A stretch of DNA of 64,000 bases from Longimicrobiales bacterium (GCA_965249725.1 OZ252251.1:224001-288000); one strand, 5' to 3'. Counted from the first letter of the stretch, positions 9,381 to 19,167 are shown. Numbers and translations: made by a program. The notes: generated by a model not told the origin, from the sequence alone.

Positions 9381-12032
9381 TCAGTTGGGCACCCGCTCCT
9401 TCAACTCCTCGAACCAATTCACGACTAGGATCGCATCAGGAGGTGCGTTGTCCGTCGGGTCGTCGCGCTGAAACGCCCTCGCCATGAGGAATTGGCGCTC
9501 ACCGGAACCGACGTCGTACGGGACCGCGATGTCCGAGGTGACCATGGTCACGCCTAGCTCGAAGAGTACCGTCCGGGCACCGACTCTGAACGCGGAGCTG
9601 GTCTCGACCGCGGCCGCCAGCATCTCCCGACTGCTGTTCATGAAGAAGATCTCGGCGCCGTCCTTGGACCAGCGAGGACTGAAGCCGCCATCCGTGGAGA
9701 CCTGCCAACGTCCCGACTCGACATCCGCGAAGGGACGAACGAAGACCTCGTGTGTGCCTGTCTCGTTGGACGTATAAGCGAGCCAACGACCATCGGGCGA
9801 CAGGGCCGGCGCTCTCTCGTCATAGTCCCCAACCAGCAGCGGGGTCGTCTCGCTGTCCGCGCCGGGGCGGATGGCGAAGATATCTCGACCGCCCAACTGA
9901 CCCCCAATGCCCGCCGTGCGAACGACGAGCCACTGCCCATCGGCGCTCCACTCCACCTCCGCAATCGTACGCTCAAGATCGAGCAGGAGCTCGACGTTAC
10001 CCGTACCGTCCGCCCGTTTTTGGTACACGTCCAGGTTCTCGCCTCGGCTCGAGATGAACGTCACGGTCTCCGGGTTCGGTCCCCAAACGGGCTTGCGGTC
10101 CCCCGCCTCGTCGAAGGTGAGTCGCGACCGCGGGCCTCCATCGAGCTCCTTCACCCAGATGTCGGTGCCTGCCTCGGTGCGCTCGCGCAGCGCGACGCGT
10201 GATTCGTCGGGGGATAGCCGCCAACCGGAATTGGCGCCCCCGTGGTCGAAGGACCAGCCCGCCTGGACCGGCGTCGCCACTCCGGATCGAGTCAGCCACA
10301 CCAACTCCTGTTGCCCTCCGCTGCCGGTACCTGTCGTGTAAAAGAGTTTACCGGTATCGGAGATGTCGTAGCCCAACACGTTGTCGACCATCGCCACGAC
10401 AGGCCCGGTCAGCTCCATGGCCTCCGGGTCGAAAGGAGCTGCCATCAAGGTCCCGTCGAGAACGAAGACAAGGTGGCCGGTCGGAGTGTACCACGGCTGC
10501 TCTCCGGCTGTGACCAGCGTCGATTCTCCGGTGGAGAGGTCCAGGTTGTGCACGAAGTCGGATCCGTCGGCCAAGACCCAGTCAATCGCATGTTCCCCAT
10601 CCGGCATCACCTGGATCACCCCGTGGACTTCGTCCGACGGGACCGTGGCCACCGCCTCCCACTCTCCACCCCCGGGAGGAACCCGCACCAATGTGCTGTC
10701 CACACCGGCGTACACATACCCGTCCGTTGTCCATCGTGGGAAGTTGGCGCGTCCAAGTGTCCGCATTGGGCCGCCACCGAGGGGGGCCACCTTGATCTCG
10801 CCCCCCTGTGAGAAGACGATCTCGGTCCCGTCGGGTGAGAATGACGGGTCGTTGTGCAGGTCGGCATTGCGCACCGCTTGGGCCACGACGTCGTCCCAAC
10901 GTCGAATCAAGAGTTGAGGAACGGTTCCATCTCCGGGTGGTCCTCGATACGCCAACATCGAGCCGTCACGAGAGAGCTTGAACGAGCGGTAGCCGGTGTT
11001 GACCATTTCCTGGCTGGGGCGGAACGGCGACTCGTATCGCGCCACGTGTAGTAGCGGTCGCTCTGGAGCGCGCTGGAGTGTCCATCCGAGTCCGAGCGTG
11101 GCTAGTGCCGCCGCCGCCGTCATTGCGACCGAAAGCGGATTCCAAAGGCCTCCCGAGCCCCCCCCGTGCATCGCCCCGACCCCATGACGGAAGCCGGCGT
11201 CCGCCAGCGCACGGGCGAACGACTGTGCATCGGTGAAGCGATCCGCCGGAAGCTTCTCAAGCGCCTTTTGCAGCGCAGCGTCTACGTTGGCGGGTATCGA
11301 CTTGCGCAGCGACGTCGCGGAGACGGGAGCGCCCTGGATGATCTTACCGAGCACCGCCTGGGCCGTGTTGCCGACGTAGGGCGGTTCCCCGACCAGCATC
11401 TCGTAGAGCACCGCCGCAAGCCCGTAGATATCGCTCGCCGCACCGATCGACTGGTCGCCGGTAGCCTGCTCGGGACTCATGTAGTAGGGCGTGCCCACCG
11501 AGAGGCCGGTCTCGGTCAAACGGCTCCCACCGGCCGCACCGACCGCCAACGCGATCCCGAAGTCCGCGACCAGTGGCTCACCCCTGCTCAGGAGAATGTT
11601 GGCCGGCTTGATGTCGCGGTGGACGATCCCCGCATCGTGCGCCGTCTGAAGCGCGTTGGCCACCGCCGCGGCGATCCTGACCGCCTCGTCGACCGGGAGC
11701 TGCTTGTCTCGGTCGATTCTCTCCTGGAGCGTCTCGCCTTCTACGTACGGCATTACATAGAAGAGAAAGCGGTCCGCCTCTCCTGAATCGAAGAGCGGCA
11801 GGATATGCGGATGCTGCAGATTCGCGGTCGTCTTGATCTCGGCGAGGAAGCGCTCCGCTCCGACGACGGCCGCCAGCTCGGGCTTGAGGACCTTCAGCGC
11901 GACCTTCCGCTCGTGCCTGAGGTCGTCCGCCAGGTAGACGTTCGCCATCCCGCCTTCGCCGAGCTCACGCTCGATGGAATATCGGCCCTCCAGGGCGGCA
12001 TTGAGACGAACGACGGGATCAGACAAGGGCAC
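9381..12032 (-). CDS. Ser/Thr protein kinase with TM helix and TolB/PD40-like beta-propeller
   Basis: LGEGGMA, VALK, HRDIKPANILL, DFG, YMSPEQ; C-terminal SPDG repeats. Confidence 0.92.
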   Translation of the reverse strand: MPLSDPVVRLNAALEGRYSIERELGEGGMANVYLADDLRHERKVALKVLKPELAAVVGAERFLAEIKTTANLQHPHILPLFDSGEADRFLFYVMPYVEGETLQERIDRDKQLPVDEAVRIAAAVANALQTAHDAGIVHRDIKPANILLSRGEPLVADFGIALAVGAAGGSRLTETGLSVGTPYYMSPEQATGDQSIGAASDIYGLAAVLYEMLVGEPPYVGNTAQAVLGKIIQGAPVSATSLRKSIPANVDAALQKALEKLPADRFTDAQSFARALADAGFRHGVGAMHGGGSGGLWNPLSVAMTAAAALATLGLGWTLQRAPERPLLHVARYESPFRPSQEMVNTGYRSFKLSRDGSMLAYRGPPGDGTVPQLLIRRWDDVVAQAVRNADLHNDPSFSPDGTEIVFSQGGEIKVAPLGGGPMRTLGRANFPRWTTDGYVYAGVDSTLVRVPPGGGEWEAVATVPSDEVHGVIQVMPDGEHAIDWVLADGSDFVHNLDLSTGESTLVTAGEQPWYTPTGHLVFVLDGTLMAAPFDPEAMELTGPVVAMVDNVLGYDISDTGKLFYTTGTGSGGQQELVWLTRSGVATPVQAGWSFDHGGANSGWRLSPDESRVALRERTEAGTDIWVKELDGGPRSRLTFDEAGDRKPVWGPNPETVTFISSRGENLDVYQKRADGTGNVELLLDLERTIAEVEWSADGQWLVVRTAGIGGQLGGRDIFAIRPGADSETTPLLVGDYDERAPALSPDGRWLAYTSNETGTHEVFVRPFADVESGRWQVSTDGGFSPRWSKDGAEIFFMNSSREMLAAAVETSSAFRVGARTVLFELGVTMVTSDIAVPYDVGSGERQFLMARAFQRDDPTDNAPPDAILVVNWFEELKERVPN

Positions 12033-12153
12033 CTCGCGACCAAATGAAGCAACGGATCATGATACGGCGTGGGAGGTTTTCGCACAGCCCGTCACCTTCC
12101 CTCCACTTCCGTTCCCATTGACGGAGACCCAAGCCGCGTATATCGTCGTGGCC

Positions 12154-12270
12154 ATCATCAAGACCGGCTGAGGGGCAGGCCCTTTGAAGCCGGGGCAACC
12201 TTCGGGGAACTACGCAGTCTCCGAAACAGGTGCCAAGTCCTGCGGGAACTTCGGTTCTCCGACAGATGAA
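12154..12270 (+). ncRNA. SAM-I (S-box) riboswitch
   Basis: Matches the SAM-I consensus: ATCAAGA..GG.TGAGGG.CAGGCCC..TGAA.CC..GGCAACC...GGTGCCAA.TCC.GC...AGATGA; P1 TCATC/GATGA; directly upstream of met genes. Confidence 0.93.
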
Positions 12271-12372
12271 CTCGCGTCCGTTTCCGACCTTCCTGGTCGA
12301 GCTTTCGGGTCCGTCAGAATCATCCGCCGGCGCTCCTCGTTCCCCGCCGCCATGGAACTGGAGCGAACAGCG

Positions 12373-13431
12373 ATGACTGAGCAGATCGGAATCGGCGTCT
12401 CGGGGGACCGCGTGTCTACGCCCGCCCTGGACGCATACCGGACGACGGGCTCGTCGCCCACGGTACACCTTCTCGGACCTGGACGTGTGGGTCGAGCCTT
12501 CTTGGACCTGCTCCGCCGGACGGGCCACACGGTGGCCGGTGTGACGGACAGCAGCGGGACCGTCACGGCGTCGGACAGCGTGGACTGTGAGCGGGTCATC
12601 GCTGCCAAGGAAGCCGGGGAAACACTCGCTTCCGCCCTGGGTGCCAGCCCCCTGTCCCTCGCCGATGCGCTCGCGGAGGTCGACGCGGATGTAGTAGTCG
12701 ACACCACCGCCACCGACTTCGGTCGGCCCGAGTGGGCCGAGACTCTCGACGAGAGCGTTGTACGGCGCGGAAGGGGACTGCTTCTGGCGGCCAAGGACGC
12801 TGCGGCCTCCCACGTGGATCGTTGGAGCGATCCCGCCCTGGACGGACGGGTGGGCATCAACGCGGTCCTGGGCGGCGCGGGACGACAGTTGCTCGATTCC
12901 GTCAGCGAACTCCGAGGTGACTGGGTCGAGGCCGCCTTCGTCGGCAGTGCCTCCACCACGGCCATTATCGAGGTCCTGGAGGCTGGAGGTTCCTTCGAGG
13001 AGGGCCTGGCGGCGGCGGATAGGCAGGGCTTTCTGGAGTCCGACCCGGAGTTGGACCTGAAGGGCGTGGACGCCGCGGTGAAGCTCTCGGTGGTCGAGGC
13101 CGCGTTGACCGGCCGGCCGGCCGTCTTGGTCGTGGCTCAGGACCTGCGCGACGTGGATCCGGTGATCGTCCGGGAGCGGGTCGGTGAGGGCCTGACCACT
13201 CGCCTCGTGGGAGAGGTCAGGCGTGACGGTGCCAGCACGCTGAGCTACAAAGCCGTGCCCAAGGGGAGCACGCTCGACGTCGGCTGTGACGAGGTGGCGT
13301 ACACGTATCGCCTGACCAGTGGCGAGGTCTGTACACATCGGGGCAAGGGACTGGGTCCGGGACCCACGGCCGAGGCCGTCGTCGTCGATCTCGAAGCGCG
13401 GTTCCCCGTGAGTGTGGGGAGGCCGTCATGA
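12373..13431 (+). CDS. hom: Homoserine dehydrogenase (short, divergent)
   Basis: GPGRVG nucleotide-binding motif, ESDPELDLKGVDAAVK, GKGLGPGPTA; first gene behind the SAM riboswitch; GGAG RBS before ATG 12373. Confidence 0.75.
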   Translation: MTEQIGIGVSGDRVSTPALDAYRTTGSSPTVHLLGPGRVGRAFLDLLRRTGHTVAGVTDSSGTVTASDSVDCERVIAAKEAGETLASALGASPLSLADALAEVDADVVVDTTATDFGRPEWAETLDESVVRRGRGLLLAAKDAAASHVDRWSDPALDGRVGINAVLGGAGRQLLDSVSELRGDWVEAAFVGSASTTAIIEVLEAGGSFEEGLAAADRQGFLESDPELDLKGVDAAVKLSVVEAALTGRPAVLVVAQDLRDVDPVIVRERVGEGLTTRLVGEVRRDGASTLSYKAVPKGSTLDVGCDEVAYTYRLTSGEVCTHRGKGLGPGPTAEAVVVDLEARFPVSVGRPS

Positions 13432-14420
13432 AGACCGTGACCGCTCAGCCGTTCGGCACCGTGACCCTGGAGGACGCTTCCGCCGGCGACACGGTGGCCT
13501 ACGCCTCCTATGGTGCGGAGGACGCTCCTGCCGTCTTCGTGCTCGGGGGCATTTCGGCGCACCGCTTTGTGTGCGGAAACCCCGACGGGCACCCCGACGG
13601 AGGCGACGGATGGTGGCCGGGCGTGGTGGGTCCGGGCGTCGGCCTCGATCCCGAGCGTTACCGCATCTTGAGCATCGACTGGCTCGGGGGTGCCGGAGAT
13701 TCGACCGGGCCCGGGACCAACGGTTCGGGCCCGCCCGTCGTGACTACGCAGGACCAGGCCCACGCGATCGCCCGTGTTCTCGATCACCTCGAGATCGAGC
13801 AGCTCCACGGATTCGTGGGGGCCTCCTACGGCGGAATGGTGGGGTTGGCCCTGGGTGTGCTCTACCCGGAGCGAGTCCGACGGCTTCTCGTGCTCTGCGC
13901 GGCGCACCGAGCGCACCCCATGGCCGTGGGGCTTCGGGTGCTGCAGCGCCGTATCGTGGGGTTGGCAGCCGCATCCGGCCGGGAGACCGAAGGGCTCGCG
14001 CTTGCCAGGGCCCTCGCGATGACGACCTACAGGACCCCGGAGGAGTTCGAGCAGCGATTCGCGTCGTCACCCAACTGGGTTGAAGGATCCCCGCGCTTCG
14101 CTGTGGAGGACTATCTCGAGTACCAGGGCGAACGCTTCAGCCAACGCTTCGACGCAACCGCCTTCAGAGTGCTCACGCAGTCCCTCGACATCCACCGGGT
14201 GGAGCCCGAGGACGTTCTGGTCCCCACGACCGCGATGTCGGTCGACTCCGATACGCTCGTGCCACCGTGGTTGGTGGCCGAGCTGGTGCGCAGGCTGCCC
14301 AGTTCGGGCAGGGCCGTGCGGATCGCATCGAACTTCGGGCACGACGCATTCCTCAAGGAGCACCAGGCCGTGAGCCGGCTGATCCTCAATGTTCTGGAAG
14401 GGGAGGCCCAGCATGGCTGA
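13428..14420 (+). CDS. metX: Homoserine O-acyltransferase (MetX family)
   Basis: LGGISAHR, GWW..VVG, GASYGG nucleophile elbow, GHDAFLKE; ATGA-coupled to hom. Confidence 0.9.
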   Translation: MKTVTAQPFGTVTLEDASAGDTVAYASYGAEDAPAVFVLGGISAHRFVCGNPDGHPDGGDGWWPGVVGPGVGLDPERYRILSIDWLGGAGDSTGPGTNGSGPPVVTTQDQAHAIARVLDHLEIEQLHGFVGASYGGMVGLALGVLYPERVRRLLVLCAAHRAHPMAVGLRVLQRRIVGLAAASGRETEGLALARALAMTTYRTPEEFEQRFASSPNWVEGSPRFAVEDYLEYQGERFSQRFDATAFRVLTQSLDIHRVEPEDVLVPTTAMSVDSDTLVPPWLVAELVRRLPSSGRAVRIASNFGHDAFLKEHQAVSRLILNVLEGEAQHG

Positions 14421-15717
14421 CCGTCGAGCCGAGACCCGTGCGGTACGAGCCGGAGTGGCGGTCAACCGCGAGCACGGGTCCGTGATCCCACCCATCCACC
14501 TCTCCTCGACGTTCGCGTTCGAGGGCCTGGGCGTGCAGCGGCAGTATGACTACACCCGCTCGGGGAATCCGACGAGGGACATCCTGGGGCAGGCGCTGGC
14601 CGATCTGGAGGGTGGCCAAGACGCTGTGGTCACCGCGTCGGGTATGGCGGCGGTCACGTCCGTCCTGCAGCTGCTCGGACCGGACGACCTGATCGTCGCG
14701 CCTCATGATTGTTACGGCGGGACCCACCGTCTCCTGACCAGCTTCGCTCGCAAGGGCCAGTTCCGCCTGCAGCTCGTGGATCAGACGGACTCCGGCGCTC
14801 TGGACGAAGCCCTCGCGGCCGAACCACGCATGATCTGGGTGGAGACCCCCAGCAACCCGCTGCTGCGTGTGGTGGACATTGCCGACATCGCGGAGCGTGC
14901 ACGCGCAGTGGACGCCCTGGTGGTCGTCGACAACACCTTCCTCTCACCGGTCTTCCAACGTCCCATCGAATGGGGCGCGGATCTGGTCGTGCACTCCACG
15001 ACCAAGTACCTGAACGGGCACTCCGACGTGGTTGGCGGGGCGGTCGTCGCGCGGACACCGGAGTTGGCGGAGGAGGTCGCGTGGTGGGCCAACGCACTGG
15101 GTGTGACCGGCTCGCCGTTCGACTCGTTCCTGACCATGCGGGGCATCCGGACCCTGCACGCCCGCATGCAGATGCACGAATCAAACGCAGCTGCGGTCGT
15201 CGATGCCCTGAAGCAGCACCCCTCGGTGAAGCGCGTGTACCACCCCAGCCTCGAGGACCATTCGGGACACCACATCGCGCTGTCCCAGCAGTCCGGGTTC
15301 GGGGGCATGGTCAGCTTCGAGCTGGAAGGAGGAGAGGACCAGGTGAGGGCCTTCCTCGACGGCTTGGAGCTGTTCACGCTGGCGGAGTCCCTGGGTGGCG
15401 TCGAGAGCTTGGTGTGCCACCCGGCGACCATGACGCATGCGGCCATGGATGATGAGGCGCGCCTTGTTGCCGGAATCGGTGCCAGCTTGCTGCGTCTTTC
15501 GGTCGGAATCGAGGCAGGAGAGGATCTCGTACGCGATCTGACCCAGGCGCTCGACCGAACGATAGAGGCCCAGCCCGTGGTGTTTGCCGCTTCGGCGGCG
15601 GCCTCGGCGGCGCTCCGGACTGCGGTGGCGAAGGACCCCCGTGACACGCACTGGGTACGGAGGCGCGAACCGAGCCCCGTCCCGAGCCCTGTGCATATCC
15701 TACCCGATCGTGCGTGA
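14413..15717 (+). CDS. metB: Cystathionine gamma-synthase
   Basis: YDYTRSGNPTR, SGMAA, ETPSNP, VDNTF, HSTTKYLNGHSD, AESLGGVESL; ~50-aa C-terminal extension. Confidence 0.92.
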   Translation: MADRRAETRAVRAGVAVNREHGSVIPPIHLSSTFAFEGLGVQRQYDYTRSGNPTRDILGQALADLEGGQDAVVTASGMAAVTSVLQLLGPDDLIVAPHDCYGGTHRLLTSFARKGQFRLQLVDQTDSGALDEALAAEPRMIWVETPSNPLLRVVDIADIAERARAVDALVVVDNTFLSPVFQRPIEWGADLVVHSTTKYLNGHSDVVGGAVVARTPELAEEVAWWANALGVTGSPFDSFLTMRGIRTLHARMQMHESNAAAVVDALKQHPSVKRVYHPSLEDHSGHHIALSQQSGFGGMVSFELEGGEDQVRAFLDGLELFTLAESLGGVESLVCHPATMTHAAMDDEARLVAGIGASLLRLSVGIEAGEDLVRDLTQALDRTIEAQPVVFAASAAASAALRTAVAKDPRDTHWVRRREPSPVPSPVHILPDRA

Positions 15718-16604
15718 CGCTTTCTTCGACACCGAGCCCAGCCACACTTAGCGCGCCATTCGACGACTTCTCGATCTTCGGATTCGAGGTGCACGTCAGT
15801 GTGCTGGCCGGCTGTGTGTTCCTGGCGGCCGTCTACCTGGCGGCCGTGGGCCCGGCCCGGAGGCGCTTCGGGTGGTCTGACACGGGGGCGGGACCGTGGA
15901 GAGTGGCGGCCTTCTTGGGCGGCGTAGGCATCGTGTTCTTCTCGCTGAACGGGCCGCTCCACCACCTGAGTGACGAGTACCTGTTTGCTGCCCACATGGT
16001 GCAGCACATGCTGCTCATGCTCATCATGCCGCCGCTGCTCATCATGGGGGTTCCACCGTGGTTGATCAGCAAGGCACTAGAGCGATCGGCGGTCCTGAAG
16101 GTGGCCCGCCTGTTGACGCATCCCGTGCTCGCGTTCGCCGCGTACAATGTGGTCTTCATCGGGTGGCATCTGCCTCCTATGTACAACGCCGCCCTGGCCA
16201 ACCACGACATCCACATCGTCCAGCACCTCATGTTCATCTCCGTAGCCACGATGATGTGGTGGCCCGTGATCAACCCGGTCGAGGAGTTGGAGAGGATTCC
16301 CACCGGGCCGTTGCTGATGATGTACGTGTTCGCGTTCGGCATTCCGTCGACGGCAGTGTCTGCGTTCATCACGATGTCGGACGAGCTGCTCTATCCTCTC
16401 TATGAGCTGGCTCCTCGCGTCACGGCGCTCACGGCCATGGAGGATCAGCGTCTCGGAGGCCTGATCATGTGGATTCCGGGAATGCTGATTTTCTGGGTCG
16501 CCATCTCGGTCGTCTTCTTTCGCTGGACCAAGGACGAGTACCGAGGCTGGAAGACAGAGGCCGCGGAGGGTCCCGGCTCGGAAGAGCCAGAGTGGCGACC
16601 CTGA
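15714..16604 (+). CDS. ctaG: caa3-type cytochrome c oxidase assembly factor CtaG
   Basis: YLFAAHMVQHMLL, WHLP..Y, DQRLGGLIMWIPG motifs of the Caa3_CtaG family. Confidence 0.88.
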   Translation: MTLSSTPSPATLSAPFDDFSIFGFEVHVSVLAGCVFLAAVYLAAVGPARRRFGWSDTGAGPWRVAAFLGGVGIVFFSLNGPLHHLSDEYLFAAHMVQHMLLMLIMPPLLIMGVPPWLISKALERSAVLKVARLLTHPVLAFAAYNVVFIGWHLPPMYNAALANHDIHIVQHLMFISVATMMWWPVINPVEELERIPTGPLLMMYVFAFGIPSTAVSAFITMSDELLYPLYELAPRVTALTAMEDQRLGGLIMWIPGMLIFWVAISVVFFRWTKDEYRGWKTEAAEGPGSEEPEWRP

Positions 16605-16611
16605 TCGCGGC

Positions 16612-17032
16612 TCAGCCCGAAGTGTCGAAGCTCACGATCTGAGGTACGTGATCCTCGGCCTCGAGGAAGCGCAGCAATCCCTCCGGAGCGATCGACGTGG
16701 TCATGCTGTTGTCGAGAGGGTGGACGTTCAGGGCCTCGCTCGTCCTCAGTTCCGAGTCAATGGCCACCTGCACGGCCTGCGATGTGTCGTTGATGACGGC
16801 CAGCGGCGTGACGGCGCCGGGAATGACACCGAGGTAGCCCATCAGCCGCTCGCTGCTGCCGAACGACAGTCGTCCGGAGCCGATGAGGGAGCCTACCTCT
16901 CCCTTGAGGTCCAAACGGCGGCTTTCGGGTGTCACCAGGAGCCACATCTTCCCCTTCTTGTTACGCAGGAAGAGGTTCTTGACGTGGGCTCCGACGATGG
17001 GACCGCGGTGAGTTTTGGCTTCTTCGACGGTG
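16612..17032 (-). pseudogene. ProX/PrdX (YbaK-like) aminoacyl-tRNA deacylase, 3' fragment
   Basis: Translates TVEEAKTHRG..HVKNLFLRNKKG...LGVIPGAVTPLA...HPLDN; cut at the left end of the IS. Confidence 0.88.
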
Positions 17033-17053
17033 GGTAGTGGGTCATTTTGAATT
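17033..17053 (+). repeat. Left terminal inverted repeat
   Basis: Exact reverse complement of 20056-20076. Confidence 0.95.
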
Positions 17054-17097
17054 GTTTAGGCCCTGCGCGGCGAGCTTGGCCCCGTTAGGTTTCAAGT

Positions 17098-17364
17098 ATG
17101 CCGAAAAAGAAGTCCATCGCGAAGACCAAGCTCCGACCCGACATGAACGAGACGGCGCACCGCGTTATGCTGGAGGCGACTGGGCAGGCCTCGAAGACAA
17201 AGCCACCGGACGAGCGGGTTGACGAAGAGAAGAACCCGGAAGCCGTGAAGCGCGGGTCTAAGGGCGGGCTGCAGGGAGGGCACCGGCGCGCAGAAGAACT
17301 CTCACCGGAGGAACGAAGCGAAATAGCAAAGGGAGCTGCGATCAGTCGCTGGCAGGAGCATTAG
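17098..17364 (+). CDS. Small basic IS-associated protein (KGG-like motif)
   Basis: KNPEAVKRGSKGG..GG..RAEELSPEERSEIAK.AA..RW pattern, which I recognise from small proteins found beside IS1-like transposases. Confidence 0.75.
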   Translation: MPKKKSIAKTKLRPDMNETAHRVMLEATGQASKTKPPDERVDEEKNPEAVKRGSKGGLQGGHRRAEELSPEERSEIAKGAAISRWQEH

Positions 17365-17367
17365 CCC

Positions 17368-17553
17368 CTAGGCAAGGGCCTCTCTAATGGCCCGCATCTG
17401 CTCAATAGCCTTCTCAACACGTTCGATCTGCTGGCGCTTCACGTCATAGCTCGGATGTTCGGCAGACTCGTAAGCAAGCTTCGTATACTGGAGCGATTCG
17501 AGAATTAGTGGCATATCGAGGCCTCCCAGCGCATCCTGAATAGTGTCACTCAT
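17368..17553 (-). CDS. Small hypothetical protein (61 aa, IS cargo)
   Basis: MSDTIQDALGG...REALA; start overlaps the upstream stop (ATGAGTGA); C-terminal amphipathic helix. Confidence 0.6.
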   Translation of the reverse strand: MSDTIQDALGGLDMPLILESLQYTKLAYESAEHPSYDVKRQQIERVEKAIEQMRAIREALA

Positions 17554-18112
17554 CGTCCTCTCCCCGAGCGAGCCGAAGGTACTCTGCCTCATTCTCACGC
17601 TTGATGCTCGCGACCAGGGCGCGGCGCTGCTTAGTCCGGCGGATGAAGTAGTCACACGAAGCTCGAAGGTCTTTTGGCACCTGGCCCTTCGCAATCGCCC
17701 ACATGACTTCGCTAGTGTTCGCCATCGAGTGCGCCCGCTCAAGCTCAATCTCTTCCTTCCAACGCAGCCCCAAGAGGGGGTTTGCCGTGAACTTGAGACC
17801 GTAACCATACACACTGGCAAAATACAGAATGAACTCATCGGCGATCTCAACTCGCTTCTCGTAGAATAAGCGGCGGTGACTGCCAGGGTCAGAGGAGAAA
17901 TCGAGTCCTCTGGGGAAGCTCTCGCATATGGTCCGCTTGGACAGCTCTTGGAACGACAACTCAATGACCTCGCCGTCCTCCAGTCCCGTCATTCCGGCCA
18001 CCGAGGGCCGCAACTGCACCGCGATGGGTTGAAGAAGTTCCTCCCTCATCACTTCCCACGCGGTGCGATTCCGCTTGGTGCCATCTCCGCTCATAACATC
18101 CCCGCTGTGCAC
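17546..18112 (-). CDS. Hypothetical protein (IS cargo)
   Basis: 188-aa ORF starting 11 nt after the ParB-like gene; no family recognised. Confidence 0.65.
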   Translation of the reverse strand: MHSGDVMSGDGTKRNRTAWEVMREELLQPIAVQLRPSVAGMTGLEDGEVIELSFQELSKRTICESFPRGLDFSSDPGSHRRLFYEKRVEIADEFILYFASVYGYGLKFTANPLLGLRWKEEIELERAHSMANTSEVMWAIAKGQVPKDLRASCDYFIRRTKQRRALVASIKRENEAEYLRLARGEDDE

Positions 18113-18123
18113 AGGCCAACGTC

Positions 18124-19050
18124 TTAGTCAGGCGACTTCGCGGACTCCTCAAGCTCTGCAGGCTTCGTGGGCAGCGTGAGCTTTGCTTTTCTCGCCAATG
18201 CCTGTAAGGCCTGGCCTGCTTCGTACACGATGCCTGCAAGCTGGAACGCAACTCGTGGCCCCAGGTGGCGAGCGTGCTGTGCGTGCCCTAGTCTGGAGAT
18301 CGAATCGATGAATACCCGCCCCTTTCGAATCGTCTCCATTGCAGCCTCATCGGCCGCTCGTTTTGCACGCTCCTGGGCGTCATATCCGTAATCCACCTTG
18401 GCTTGGCGGACATCCTTACGGATCTCTGACGCGGCACGGTCCGCGCTGATTCGATCCGTCCTAAACTCACTACGCACACGCTTGAGCTTTCTGGTCAGCT
18501 CTAAGGCCTGATCGGAAGAGATCAGCCCTTTCTCTTCGGCCTGGTTAATTTCCGCTTCACCACGTGCAGGATCGGTCACAAACGCAGCTCGCTGATAGGT
18601 CGTTGCGCTCATCCCGGCTGCTGCTGCTGCCAACCTCCTCGGCTTTAGGTCTTCTGGAGTGGTGGGCGCCTTTCCATGTTGCGTCGCTAGACCAACCAGG
18701 TCATCCTGCGTGACTTCCCCTCGGTCCAGAAGATCGTGGTAAGCGTCGGCCTCCTTCTGGCGGACAAACATTGACTTCACCGAGCGATAGGCGTTGGCGA
18801 GCAAGATGTGGCGCCTTATATCCTCTTTGTCTGTTTCACCAACTACCCGCACCTCGATGTCTGTCCAACCAAGTCTCTTCGCAGCAGTCCATCGCCTCGC
18901 ACCTGAAAGGATTTGGTCATGCTGGTCGATCTCAATTGGGTATTTCAACCCGAACTGCTCTAGGCTCTCAGCCAGTCCATTATCAGGCTGACCGTAAACC
19001 TCGGTGTTGAAAGGGTGAACGCGCAGTTGTTTCACGGACCGAACTGGCAT
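18124..19050 (-). CDS. ParB/Srx N-terminal domain protein (IS cargo)
   Basis: LRVHPFN, LAESLEQFGLKYPI, ILSGARRWTAAKRLG (ParB arginine patch), then a probable HTH (AAAAGMSATTYQRA). Confidence 0.85.
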   Translation of the reverse strand: MPVRSVKQLRVHPFNTEVYGQPDNGLAESLEQFGLKYPIEIDQHDQILSGARRWTAAKRLGWTDIEVRVVGETDKEDIRRHILLANAYRSVKSMFVRQKEADAYHDLLDRGEVTQDDLVGLATQHGKAPTTPEDLKPRRLAAAAAGMSATTYQRAAFVTDPARGEAEINQAEEKGLISSDQALELTRKLKRVRSEFRTDRISADRAASEIRKDVRQAKVDYGYDAQERAKRAADEAAMETIRKGRVFIDSISRLGHAQHARHLGPRVAFQLAGIVYEAGQALQALARKAKLTLPTKPAELEESAKSPD

Positions 19051-19167
19051 CAGTGATTTCCGTCATGTTGAGGGGAATCATTGGAGTGTGGAACATAAAT
19101 CTAAAAACGATGCGGGGGGACCGCAACGGTCCCCCCCAAGTCGTTGTACCATATAGCATTCCCCCCC

